From contig CANMWZ010000006.1 of assembly GCA_947501605.1 (NCBI GenBank), positions 32,001-96,000 on the forward strand: a stretch of DNA of 64,000 nucleotides. The letters run 5' to 3'. The position numbers and the translations under genes are program-made. The first letter of the stretch is position 1. The number at the start of each line of letters is the position of its first letter. The DNA is from Planctomycetota bacterium. GTDB lineage: Bacteria > Planctomycetota > UBA1135 > UBA2386. Under the pieces are notes generated by a model. That model saw nothing but the letters and a program-made list of their open reading frames with translations. It had not been told where the DNA came from and did not search any database. Shown one piece after another: positions 1-8,683 of this stretch.

Positions 1-256
1 CGAACGGCCGTCCACACAGCCCTGCGCGACGCGCGCGATAGAGCACGGGCCCCGGCGTAGTCGCCTTGACAGCCAGCGCCGCGAGCAGCCAAATCGGCAA
101 CGTGAACAGCAGCAGACCACCAGCGACGACGATGTCGAAGGCTCGTTTGCAAACGCGATACCCGCGCTTGCCCTCAAGCTCGGGAGGTGCGACATGGAGC
201 GCAGCGCCAAAGCGCTCGGGCGCGCCGCGCCGGTTCAAGGCAGGTGCGGGTGTCAT
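1..256 (-). CDS. Bacterial sugar transferase (polyprenyl-phosphate hexose-1-phosphate transferase family), N-terminal part; runs off the window edge
   Basis: Not in the ORF track. Manual translation from ATG at 256: MTPAPALNRR...KRAFDIVVAGGLLLFTLPIWLLAALAVKATTPGPVLYRARRAGLCGRPF, the KRxFD-TM-GPxxY-R-G-GxPF pattern of this family. ATGA overlap with the epimerase stop. Confidence 0.85.
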   Translation of the reverse strand, partial: MTPAPALNRRGAPERFGAALHVAPPELEGKRGYRVCKRAFDIVVAGGLLLFTLPIWLLAALAVKATTPGPVLYRARRAGLCGRPF

Positions 257-1218
257 GCGACACAACCCGCCTGCTGCTGCTGGCGATACCACTCCACGAA
301 GCGACGAAGGCCGTCTTTGACCGGAGTCGTGCACCGGTAGCCGAGTTCGCGCTCGGCCAGCGAAATGTCGGCGAAGGTGATCGGCACGTCACCGGGCTGG
401 TCTGGCAGGCGATGGAGCAGCGCCTTGCTGGCAAGCGCGTGCTCCAGCGCGGCGACCAACTCGCTCAACGAGGTCGTGGCCGAACCGCCGAGGTTGTAGA
501 TCGAATAGCCCTTGGCTCGATCCAGCGATGCAACAACGCCGCTGACGATGTCGGCAACGTAGGTGTAGTCGCGTCGGCTCTCGCCATCGCCGAAGAACGG
601 CAGCGCCTTGCCGGTGCTGATGCAGCGCGCAAAATGGTGGATCGCCATCTCGGGCCGCTGACGCGGGCCGTAGACCGTGAAGAAGCGCAGGCACGTAACC
701 GGATTGCCGTGCAAGTGGTGCCACGCGTGGCAGATCACTTCGCCGGCCTTCTTGCTGGCTGCGTACGGCGATACCGGTCGATCGACGGCATCGGCCTCAG
801 CAAACGGAACCTTGGTGTTGCCGCCGTAGACCGACGAGCTGCTGCCGAACACGAAGGGAATCGCCTTGCTGTCGATCTGCTGCATCAGCACTTGCGTGCC
901 GGTGACATTGACGTCCATGTAGCGGACGGGGTCGGCGATCGATGGTCGAACGCCGGCGAGAGCCGCGAGGTGAATCACACCGTCACAGCCGCGCAGCGCC
1001 TGCTGGCACGTGCGCGCATCGCGAATATCGCCCAGCTGGAACGAGAACCGCTCGCCGCCCGCGGCGGTGAGCAACGCGAGATTCTTCTGCTTCAGCGCTG
1101 GGTCGTAGAAAGGATCGAGATTGTCGAGCACCTGGACCGCATCGCCGCGGGCCAGAAGACGTTCACATAGATGGGAGCCGATGAAACCGGCGCCGCCAGT
1201 AACGAGGATACGTTGCAC
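253..1218 (-). CDS. NAD-dependent nucleotide-sugar epimerase (UDP-glucuronate 4-epimerase-like extended SDR)
   Basis: TGGAGFIG, HLAALAGVRPS, SSSSVYG, YAASK, LRFFTVYGPRQRPEMA, RRDYTYV, QPGDV motifs. Confidence 0.92.
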   Translation of the reverse strand: MQRILVTGGAGFIGSHLCERLLARGDAVQVLDNLDPFYDPALKQKNLALLTAAGGERFSFQLGDIRDARTCQQALRGCDGVIHLAALAGVRPSIADPVRYMDVNVTGTQVLMQQIDSKAIPFVFGSSSSVYGGNTKVPFAEADAVDRPVSPYAASKKAGEVICHAWHHLHGNPVTCLRFFTVYGPRQRPEMAIHHFARCISTGKALPFFGDGESRRDYTYVADIVSGVVASLDRAKGYSIYNLGGSATTSLSELVAALEHALASKALLHRLPDQPGDVPITFADISLAERELGYRCTTPVKDGLRRFVEWYRQQQQAGCVA

Positions 1219-1452
1219 AATGGTTCTCCGAAGGGCGGGGGTGAGCCGCGAAGCCGGAAAGACCTACGCTAGGAACGGAGCTACGTCCAGCCACCCCTAC
1301 TGCGAAGTTCCTCTGCGCCTTAGCGGCTCACGGCCGATCACTGCGCCGCAGCCAGCCGATCTCTGCGCCGCAGCCAGAAGGAGAGCCAAGCCAGCCAGAC
1401 GGGGAGCCAAGCCAACAAGAGAGCCGAAAGGAGAAAAGCCTCCTCCGACGAC

Positions 1453-2124
1453 TCAGGGCGTCAGCAGGCCTTCGCGAATCGCAATGCGAGCGATCTCGGC
1501 GGCCGAATGGATATTGAGCTTGCGCTGCAGGTTCTCGCGGTGCTTCTTCACAGTGCCGAGGGAGATCTTGAGGATGCCGGCCACTTCCTTGTTGGCTTTC
1601 CCCACCGCGATCAACTGGAAGACTTCGCGTTCACGCACGGTCAGCCCGGACAGACTGCGGGCCGCCAAATCTGGCCCGCCTGCTGCATCGGCCGGAGCGG
1701 GACCCAAGAACGAAGCCGCGACGCGCGGGGTCACGAACGATTCGCCGCCGTGAATGGACTCGATCGCCGGCGCCAGTTCGCGCGGGTCCGAGGACTTCGT
1801 GATGTAGCCGTCGGCGCCGGCGCGCAGCGCCTGGAACACGAACTCGCGACTCTCGTGCTGCGAAGCAATCAGCACCTTGCTCGGCGCCGACGCCTTCTTG
1901 ATCGGCGCAACCGCGTCGAGGCCCGACAGGCCCGGCATTCGAATGTCGAGGATGACGACCTGCGGCTTGAGCCGACCGATCTGATCGATCGCATCGCGCG
2001 CATCCCCTGCTTCGCCGACCACTTCGAAGGCTCCCGTCTTCTCGAGCAGTGCTCGCAATCCGGCGCGAACTAGAGACTCGTCGTCGACCAAGAAGATCGT
2101 GATGGCTGGCCGTACCTCGGTCAT
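1453..2124 (-). CDS. NarL/LuxR-family DNA-binding response regulator
   Basis: Receiver domain (LVDD, ILDIRMP, YITK) plus LuxR HTH (LTVREREV...NKEVAGILKISLGTVKKHRENLQRKL). ATG 2124 preferred, with AAGAAG upstream. Confidence 0.93.
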   Translation of the reverse strand: MTEVRPAITIFLVDDESLVRAGLRALLEKTGAFEVVGEAGDARDAIDQIGRLKPQVVILDIRMPGLSGLDAVAPIKKASAPSKVLIASQHESREFVFQALRAGADGYITKSSDPRELAPAIESIHGGESFVTPRVAASFLGPAPADAAGGPDLAARSLSGLTVREREVFQLIAVGKANKEVAGILKISLGTVKKHRENLQRKLNIHSAAEIARIAIREGLLTP

Positions 2125-2212
2125 AACTTCTTTGCTACTCTCAAGACTCGTCTCGTTGGTCACGCACGCCCTCCAGAGCAAGACCGCAGAATCGAAGCGA
2201 ACTCATGCTCAA

Positions 2213-2231
2213 AATGCTACCTGAATGCTAC
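2213..2231. promoter_or_regulatory. Direct repeat AATGCTAC x2 at 11-bp spacing, candidate transcription-factor site
   Basis: AATGCTAC at 2213-2220 and 2224-2231 in an AT-richer patch about 90 bp upstream of the response regulator. Confidence 0.35.
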
Positions 2232-2446
2232 TTAGAATCCCGAGTAGCTCATCAGCTCGAGACCACGACAGGGTCGGAGTGGACCCAGTCCGACATGGCA
2301 GCAGCGGTCAGGTCCCTGACAGGAATCCTCGCGCCCGCGAACGAGACGGAGACTTCCCGGCCGTAACTCGCACGCTCCCGACCTCGTCGCTAGCGCGCGT
2401 CGAGCAATGCGCGCCAACGCCTGGGTCGATGCTCTGCGAGGCCCGA

Positions 2447-3142
2447 TCAGCCGCGCGGCAAGGTGAACCAGGCGATGGTGCCGCCGCCGTCGCGCGCACG
2501 CAGTCCAAGTTCGCCACCGTGGCGGACGACTACCCGCCGCGAAGTGGCGAGCGACAGCCCCACGCCTGGGATCGAATCCCACGCGTGCAGCCGCTCGAAA
2601 GCCCCGCACACCCGCGCGCGCTGCTCCGCGGACAGGCCGATCCCGCGGTCTGCGATCTCAAACCGCCATGCCTCGCCTTGCGGCACCGCCGACACCAGCA
2701 CGCGCGCCGGCACTTCGCGGGTGTAGCGAACCGCATTGTCGAGCAAGGAAACGAACACCCGCCGCAGCAGTCCGGTGTCGCCGTGCACCGTTGGCAGCGG
2801 CGCCATCACCTCGACGACGGCGCGCTCGAAGCGCGGTTCGCTAGCACGGAGGCCAGCCTGCGCCTCAGCGCACACGAGGCCGGAGTCGACTGCGACCATC
2901 GTCGACACTGGCAGGTCTGCATCGACGAACTCGACGCAGGCGCGGACGATGCGCGTCGCCCTCTCGGTGGCAGTCAGGGCTTGGTCCAGCAGCCGAGCAA
3001 GATTGTCGTGGGCCCCGCCGTCGCGCGCCGCCGCCAGCAGCATCGTCAGTCCGGACAGCGGCGTCAGGAGTTCGTGGCGAGCACTGTGGGCAAAGTTCGA
3101 GCAGTCGCGAAGCCGCAGCAGGTCGTCGGGTTCTGGGTTCAT
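2447..3142 (-). CDS. Histidine kinase core (HisKA + HATPase) with no sensor domain
   Basis: H-box FAHSARHELLTPL, N-box LLDNAVRY, G1 DRGIG, F-box FERLH, G2 GVGLSLA. Start could be 3142, 3160 or 3178. Confidence 0.85.
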   Translation of the reverse strand: MNPEPDDLLRLRDCSNFAHSARHELLTPLSGLTMLLAAARDGGAHDNLARLLDQALTATERATRIVRACVEFVDADLPVSTMVAVDSGLVCAEAQAGLRASEPRFERAVVEVMAPLPTVHGDTGLLRRVFVSLLDNAVRYTREVPARVLVSAVPQGEAWRFEIADRGIGLSAEQRARVCGAFERLHAWDSIPGVGLSLATSRRVVVRHGGELGLRARDGGGTIAWFTLPRG

Positions 3143-3410
3143 CGGTATCGAGCCAGACATAGGTATCGAGCGAGACAATCAAGCGCCGGCACGCCGCGTT
3201 GTGGCCAACAGCATGCCGACGCCGGGCAGCTTCGCATTCGCCAGTCGCGCGCAACAGCAGGCGGCCAATTTCTTGATCGCGGCGGCTCGCTTGCGCCCAC
3301 ACTCGCGAGCGCGACCATCAGCCCGGGGCAACGACCGCAGCCATCGCTCTCAGCCTGCTGAAGAATGGCTCCGTCGCCGAGGGCTCGGGATCTGGTTCGA
3401 GATCAAGGAG

Positions 3411-3446
3411 CGAGCGGCGTCGAATCTGCAGATTCGACGCAGCTCG
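3411..3446. repeat. 36-bp near-perfect palindrome with a 24-bp perfect core
   Basis: CGAGC-G-GCGTCGAATCTGCAGATTCGACGC-A-GCTCG; the core 3417-3440 is its own reverse complement. Confidence 0.85.
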
Positions 3447-3638
3447 TGCGCCGCAGAGATCGGACCAGTTACCGCAGCCGCAGGCAGGATGCGCTCTGCA
3501 ACAGGCAGTTAGGCGACGCGAGCAGACAAAGCCGCACCGTCTTTCGCATCCGCGCCAAGGCCGTGACCTGGCCCTGAGTGGCGCGCCGAGCAACGGGTGA
3601 AGGCTCGAATCGCCGCCGATCGCCGACGGCAATCGGCT

Positions 3639-4175
3639 TCACTTCTGCGGCGTCAACGGGCGAGCAGGCGAGGGCGGAGTCCCGACCGTCGGCCGCGCCG
3701 GCACGATGACGGCTGCGGTTTGGGCCGTGGCCGAAACAGCTTTGGGAACTGCGCAGATCCCGCTCAGCGTTTGCACCAACTCGCGACCGACCTGCGCATC
3801 CTGGATCGCAACATTGGCGAGATCGGCGAGCGACAGCATGCCGACGAGCATGCCCTTGCCATCCACCACCGGCAGCCGGCGCACGCGGCGAGCGCGCATG
3901 GTCGCCGTTGCAGTCGCAACATCGTCGCCCTCGCGGCAGACCGCGAGATCCTGCGACATCGAATCGCGCACGGCGATGTCGGCCAACCGCAGGCCCTTGG
4001 TGTATGCCGCCATGCAGATGTCCCGGTCGGTCAGCAGCGCCTGCACGGCGCCCTTCGCGTCGATGACCGCCAATGCGCCACAGTCGTGCTCCCACAACAA
4101 GTGCGCGGCGTGTTCGAGCGAGTCCTGCGGGTTGCAGGTCGTGGCCGGTGAAGTCATCAGTTCGCGAACGCGCAT
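3639..4175 (-). CDS. CBS-domain pair protein
   Basis: MRVRELMT...LWEHDCGALAV...LLTDRDIC...VRRLPVVD..G.LVGMLSLADL; GGAGGAG Shine-Dalgarno upstream of ATG 4175. Confidence 0.92.
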   Translation of the reverse strand: MRVRELMTSPATTCNPQDSLEHAAHLLWEHDCGALAVIDAKGAVQALLTDRDICMAAYTKGLRLADIAVRDSMSQDLAVCREGDDVATATATMRARRVRRLPVVDGKGMLVGMLSLADLANVAIQDAQVGRELVQTLSGICAVPKAVSATAQTAAVIVPARPTVGTPPSPARPLTPQK

Positions 4176-4509
4176 AGCTAGCTCCTCCGGGGCGCACGCG
4201 GACATCGCGCAACACTCCCCAGGGCACGGATCATGCGCCGACGCTGGCCGATCTCGTTACGGATTGCGCCCAAGCCTGACTCCATAGGTGGGCGCTGGCA
4301 ACGTCACCGCCGGCGCCGTCACAGTGCGAACTCGGGCTGATGCCGTCGTGCCCCTGGTCTCACACCACCGAGTCGAACCCAGCATGCCTGCTGAGCGGTC
4401 TGCCGGCCCAGCGTCGCCGCGGCCGCGATCTAGCGTAGTTCGTTCGGCCGGATGGCGGTCGAACACCAGCTACAGAGTACTCCGGCAACAGTCCGTATCG
4501 TGCGCCCCT

Positions 4510-5385
4510 ATGAACCACGCCCTGCTCCTCGCCGCCGCGACTGTTCTCGCTGGTGGCACCGCCGCGTTGACCACGACCCTGCTGGCTCCGACGGCAGGCC
4601 CCCTCACTCCCGCCACCGATCCAGAGATCCTCGCCCTTCGTGGCCGGGTCGATGACTTGAAGAAAGAGCTCGACGAAGTGCGCGCACGGCCCAATGCGAG
4701 CGTCGCCGAGGCCGCTGCCGGCAGTACCGAACGGGTCGTCGCCCCTGCGGTGACCGAGACGCAGATCGACGAAGCCGTTCGCCGCTGGTTCGTTGCCAAC
4801 GGCAGTGCCGCGGCGACCCTCAGTGACGGCGGCGCCAAGCAAGCCGGTGTCGACGTCGCCACCAGCCTCAAAGGGCTGCGGGGCAAGAGCGACTACTGGT
4901 CGAACGCTGAGCTCTACAAGAAGCTGTTCGAAGCCGGGCTGATGGACGAGCTCATCGAAGAGTTCGAGATCGCAGCCGAAGGCGCACCTGGCGACCCGCA
5001 GGCGCAGATGGACCTCGGCAACGCCTACCTCGCGCACCTCCAGCTCGACCAGAGCAAGTGGCCGCTGTCGCAGAAGGCCGATGCCGCCTTCGACAAGGTC
5101 CTCGCCATCGACGAGCACCACTGGTCGGCGCGATTCACCAAGGCCATGAGCTACACGTTCTGGCCCGACTTCCTTGGCAAGAAGAAGGAAGCGATCTCGC
5201 ACTTCGAGCGGCTCGTCGCGCAGCAGGATACGATGCCAGTGCAGGGCCATGAAGCGAACACCTACGTGTTCCTCGGCAACCTGCTCGAGCAGCGCGGTGA
5301 GACGGACAAGGCGCGGGCGACCTGGGAACGCGGCCTGCGCCGTCATCCCGACGACGCGCAGTTGCGCCAGAAACTCGGCCGCTGA
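4510..5385 (+). CDS. Membrane-anchored or secreted TPR-repeat protein
   Basis: Hydrophobic N-terminus (MNHALLLAAATVLAGG), short coiled coil, C-terminal TPR helices (AQMDLGNAYL; YVFLGNLLEQRGETDKARATWERGL). Confidence 0.8.
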   Translation: MNHALLLAAATVLAGGTAALTTTLLAPTAGPLTPATDPEILALRGRVDDLKKELDEVRARPNASVAEAAAGSTERVVAPAVTETQIDEAVRRWFVANGSAAATLSDGGAKQAGVDVATSLKGLRGKSDYWSNAELYKKLFEAGLMDELIEEFEIAAEGAPGDPQAQMDLGNAYLAHLQLDQSKWPLSQKADAAFDKVLAIDEHHWSARFTKAMSYTFWPDFLGKKKEAISHFERLVAQQDTMPVQGHEANTYVFLGNLLEQRGETDKARATWERGLRRHPDDAQLRQKLGR

Positions 5386-5392
5386 GCCGAGC

Positions 5393-6790
5393 TCAGCGCT
5401 GCCGCGCGGCGCCTTCGACCTGCTCGAGGTACTTCTGCCACGCTTCCTTCGGCTGGAGTTCGACGGCACGGCGCAGCAACGGCAGCGCCTCCTGGTACTT
5501 GCCTTGCCGCACCAGCAATTGGCCGTGGCCGAGCTTTGCCTGTGCCTCGAAGGCGGCCACTGACGCAGCGCGCTCGAACTCGAAGATCGCTTGCTCGATG
5601 TTGCCCTTGCGATCGTGGAAGCGCGCCAGCAGCACGAGCGAGCCACCATCGAGTGGATCGAGCTCGACGAGCTTCTGCAGGACGGCCGCCTCTTCGTCCC
5701 CGGCCCCCATAGCGACGGCGATGCCCGCGCGCAGATTCAAGACGGCCTTGCGATCCTCGACCCCCAAGTCCTTTCGCTTCTGCTCGATGCCATCGACGAG
5801 CGCGCGGGCCTCGGTGAGCGCTCCTGCCGCGTTCATGAACTTGGCCGCACGGAGTGCCCGATCGACCTTGGTCTTGTCGCTGGCCACCAACGCACCGAGG
5901 TACGCAGTGACCGCGAGATCGAACAACTGCTGGCTGGCGTAGAGATCGCCGAGGTTGTTGAGAACCGCCGGACTCGCCGCCGACAGCCGCGAGACCATCT
6001 CGAACGACTCAATCGCTCGCATCGGCTCACCAAGCATCGCCTGGGCTTCGCCTTCGAAGCGCCAGAGATCGGCGCGTTCAGGGTGCTGATCGACGAGCGA
6101 CCGAAACAACGATGAGGCGTCAGCAAACCGGCGCTGGCGGAACAGGCTCTCGGCAAGGCCCATCTTCCAATCAACGACTTCGGGCGCGAGTAGGCTGGCC
6201 ATCCGAAACGCAGACTCAGCGGCGATGTCGTCGCCGACCCGCGCGTGGCAGACGCCTACGAGGCCATAGACGACGGCGTCGCCGCCACCGAGTTCGATCA
6301 CGCGTGCGAAGGCACGGCGCGCCTTCTGGAACTCGCCGCTGCGATAGTAGATCTGGCCCAGGTTTGCCCAGGCGCGGCGGAACTTGGGCCACTTGGCAAC
6401 TGCGGTTTCGTAGGCCGCACCAGCCTCCGGCGCTCGCTCCCGTTGGTAGTGGATGTTGCCGATTGTGAAGTCGAACACCGCCGACGACTCCGGTTTCGCC
6501 AGGTCCTTCAGCGACACCAGAGCTTCGTCGAGTTTCTCGGCCGCGATCAACTGCATCGCTTGCGTGAGACCCTCGCGTTCCGCCGGTTCGACCTTGGGCT
6601 CGATGTCGCGGTCAGCGACGTAACTCTCTGCCAAGCGGCGCAAGAAGTCGGGCCCCTGGAGAACTGCGCGCTCGGCATCCGTGAGTTCGCGCGGACGCGG
6701 CGAGAGCTCGACGGCTGGCACCTCCTGCGCGAACAGCGGTGCGGAGAACACAGCGACCAACAAGGTGCAGGCGAGTCGAAGACGGTTCAT
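5393..6790 (-). CDS. Periplasmic TPR protein, TtpD-like component of the TonB operon
   Basis: Signal peptide MNRLRLACTLLVAVFSAPLFA-Q, many TPR repeats, directly downstream of tonB. Confidence 0.85.
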   Translation of the reverse strand: MNRLRLACTLLVAVFSAPLFAQEVPAVELSPRPRELTDAERAVLQGPDFLRRLAESYVADRDIEPKVEPAEREGLTQAMQLIAAEKLDEALVSLKDLAKPESSAVFDFTIGNIHYQRERAPEAGAAYETAVAKWPKFRRAWANLGQIYYRSGEFQKARRAFARVIELGGGDAVVYGLVGVCHARVGDDIAAESAFRMASLLAPEVVDWKMGLAESLFRQRRFADASSLFRSLVDQHPERADLWRFEGEAQAMLGEPMRAIESFEMVSRLSAASPAVLNNLGDLYASQQLFDLAVTAYLGALVASDKTKVDRALRAAKFMNAAGALTEARALVDGIEQKRKDLGVEDRKAVLNLRAGIAVAMGAGDEEAAVLQKLVELDPLDGGSLVLLARFHDRKGNIEQAIFEFERAASVAAFEAQAKLGHGQLLVRQGKYQEALPLLRRAVELQPKEAWQKYLEQVEGAARQR

Positions 6791-6792
6791 GG

Positions 6793-7467
6793 CTACTTGT
6801 CCGGGAACGTGATGGGCTGCCGCATGCGGAAGCGGACGGGTTGGCCCTTCCGCTTGCCGGGTTCGAACTTCCACTTCTTGATCGCATCGAGCGCGGCTCG
6901 ATCGAAGACAGGATCCGGCGACTGCTGCACCACGGGGTTCTGTACGCGACCGTCCTCGTCGACGACGAAGACGACGTACACTGTGCCCGGCGCCTTGCGG
7001 CGGATCTGCGGCGTCATCTGTGGGTTGTGCGGGTAGACGACGCGCGGCTGCTGGTCGAGGTCAGCGACACTGAAGAGACCGGTGCTGTCGTCCGCACTGT
7101 CGCCACCGCCGCGGTTGAGTTTGATGGCGAAGTCCGCCGTGCTCCAGCCGCCACCAACGCCGGGGTTGAGCGCCAACTCAAGCTGCGACAGGTCGAGCGG
7201 CGGCGCATCGGGCTGCATCTCCGGCGGTTTTTCGTCAGCCTCTGGCGGCTTGTCCTCTTCGACTTCGGGCGGCGGCGGCGGCGGTGGTGGTGGCAGCGCG
7301 ACCGTGTCGACGCTGCGCAGCAGGGTGTCCGCTGCCGGCGTTGACGCAATCGCTTCGATCAGCGGCAACACCAGGAAGCATGCGATCGTCAAGGCCGTGG
7401 CACCTAGCGTCGTGCCCACGGCTCGGCGCATTCGTCCAGCCAATCTGCGTCGTTCTCGTTGCCCCAC
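6793..7467 (-). CDS. tonB: Energy transducer TonB
   Basis: N-terminal TM helix, poly-Pro linker, TonB C-terminal domain (GTVYVVFVVDEDGRV...FDRAALDAIKKWKFEPG...QPITF). Confidence 0.92.
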   Translation of the reverse strand: MGQRERRRLAGRMRRAVGTTLGATALTIACFLVLPLIEAIASTPAADTLLRSVDTVALPPPPPPPPPEVEEDKPPEADEKPPEMQPDAPPLDLSQLELALNPGVGGGWSTADFAIKLNRGGGDSADDSTGLFSVADLDQQPRVVYPHNPQMTPQIRRKAPGTVYVVFVVDEDGRVQNPVVQQSPDPVFDRAALDAIKKWKFEPGKRKGQPVRFRMRQPITFPDK

Positions 7468-7478
7468 GTTGGATTTCC

Positions 7479-7901
7479 TCAGTTGCCGCTGGGCTTGCTG
7501 GTGGCAAGACTGACCTTCTGCGCACCGCCGAGCTTGGCCTCGTCGATCACGCGAACGAGCAGGCCGGTCGGCGCAGTCTCGTCTGCCTGGACGATGACGG
7601 GGATGTCGCTCTCCTTTTGCAGCAGGCGGCGAACAACAGCGCGGACCGAGCCGATGCCGATGTCGCGCTTGTCGTAGACAACCTCGCCCTTTGCCGTGAG
7701 CGCAATCATGATGCTGGTCTTCTCCAACTGAACGGCAGACGCAGCTTGTGGCTTGTCGACCTCCACGCCGGTCTCCTCCACAAAGGTGGTGGTGACGATG
7801 AAGAAGATCAGCAGGATGAAGACACAGTCGATCAGTGGCGACAGGTCGATGCCTGCGCCGTCGCCGTCGTCTTCGTTCATCGATTCGCGGAATCGTCCCA
7901 T
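7479..7901 (-). CDS. exbD: Biopolymer transporter ExbD/TolR
   Basis: IDLSPLIDCVFILLIFFIVTTTF with the conserved TM Asp; VIVQAD...LVRVIDEAKLGGA. Confidence 0.95.
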   Translation of the reverse strand: MGRFRESMNEDDGDGAGIDLSPLIDCVFILLIFFIVTTTFVEETGVEVDKPQAASAVQLEKTSIMIALTAKGEVVYDKRDIGIGSVRAVVRRLLQKESDIPVIVQADETAPTGLLVRVIDEAKLGGAQKVSLATSKPSGN

Positions 7902-7934
7902 CGTCGTTCTCCAGTCAGATGTGCAGCGCGCAGG

Positions 7935-8651
7935 TCAGCGTGAGCCGCCTTGCGCACGAAGTTGTTGGGCGATCTCCGAGGCCACCTGCCTCTTGGCGCG
8001 TGCTGTAGCAACGCGCTTCAGTTGCATGGCCAAGCGACGATGCACAGTCTGCGTGCACACGGTCTCGAGATGCGCGAGGAACGCCTTGTACCGCTGCAAC
8101 CTGCGGCTCGTCGCGTACTGGTAGAAGACACCCGGCAAGGCGATGACGAGTCCCGTTTCGGTCGTGATCAGGGCCTCGGAGATGCCACTCGCGATCTTCC
8201 CCATGGTCTGGTCGCCGCCAGAACCCGAAGCCAGGGCGTCAAACGTCGTCAGCATGCCTGTCACGGTGCCGAGCAACCCAAACAGGGGCGCCGCACTCAC
8301 CGCGACCTTCATCACCTTGAGATCGCGCTCGAACGGGGCCGTCTCTTCGACACGCACTTGGTCGAAGGCCTTGACGATTGCCTGGTCGCTCGGCAGCGAC
8401 TGTCCCACGACGCGATCGAGCAATCGACCGATCGGGCCGTGACGATCGCGTGGATGGTCGATCCAGCTGCGCCAGGTCGATTCCGGAACACTGGTGAACC
8501 CCTTGCCCAACAGTGCAAGAAAGACATTGGTCCCCATGCCGAACACCGCCAGCGCGGTGACCGCGATCGGCCACATCGCCCACCCACCGGCAATCCAGAT
8601 GACCGTGGCCTGGTCGATCAGTCGCAGCAGGGTTTCGTGTAGGAAGTCCAT
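7935..8651 (-). CDS. exbB: MotA/TolQ/ExbB proton channel
   Basis: GGWAMWPI, APLFGLLGTVTGMLTTF, GISEALITTETGL. Confidence 0.93.
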   Translation of the reverse strand: MDFLHETLLRLIDQATVIWIAGGWAMWPIAVTALAVFGMGTNVFLALLGKGFTSVPESTWRSWIDHPRDRHGPIGRLLDRVVGQSLPSDQAIVKAFDQVRVEETAPFERDLKVMKVAVSAAPLFGLLGTVTGMLTTFDALASGSGGDQTMGKIASGISEALITTETGLVIALPGVFYQYATSRRLQRYKAFLAHLETVCTQTVHRRLAMQLKRVATARAKRQVASEIAQQLRAQGGSR

Positions 8652-8683
8652 GGTCCTGGTGAGTGGAGATTGTCGCCAGGAGG

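Noticed and set aside
3143..3178. 18-bp tandem GGTATCGAGCNAGACA at the kinase start
   Set aside because: Two-copy duplication giving alternative starts (MSRSIP/MSGSIP); no further significance evident.
3180..3635. Short ORFs on both strands between the kinase and the CBS gene
   Set aside because: No motifs, no clear ribosome-binding site and conflicting frames; cannot be supported as CDS.
7268..7293. GGC/GGT triplet runs (also at 19033-19056)
   Set aside because: Encode the TonB poly-Pro and lipoprotein poly-Gly linkers; ordinary coding repeats.
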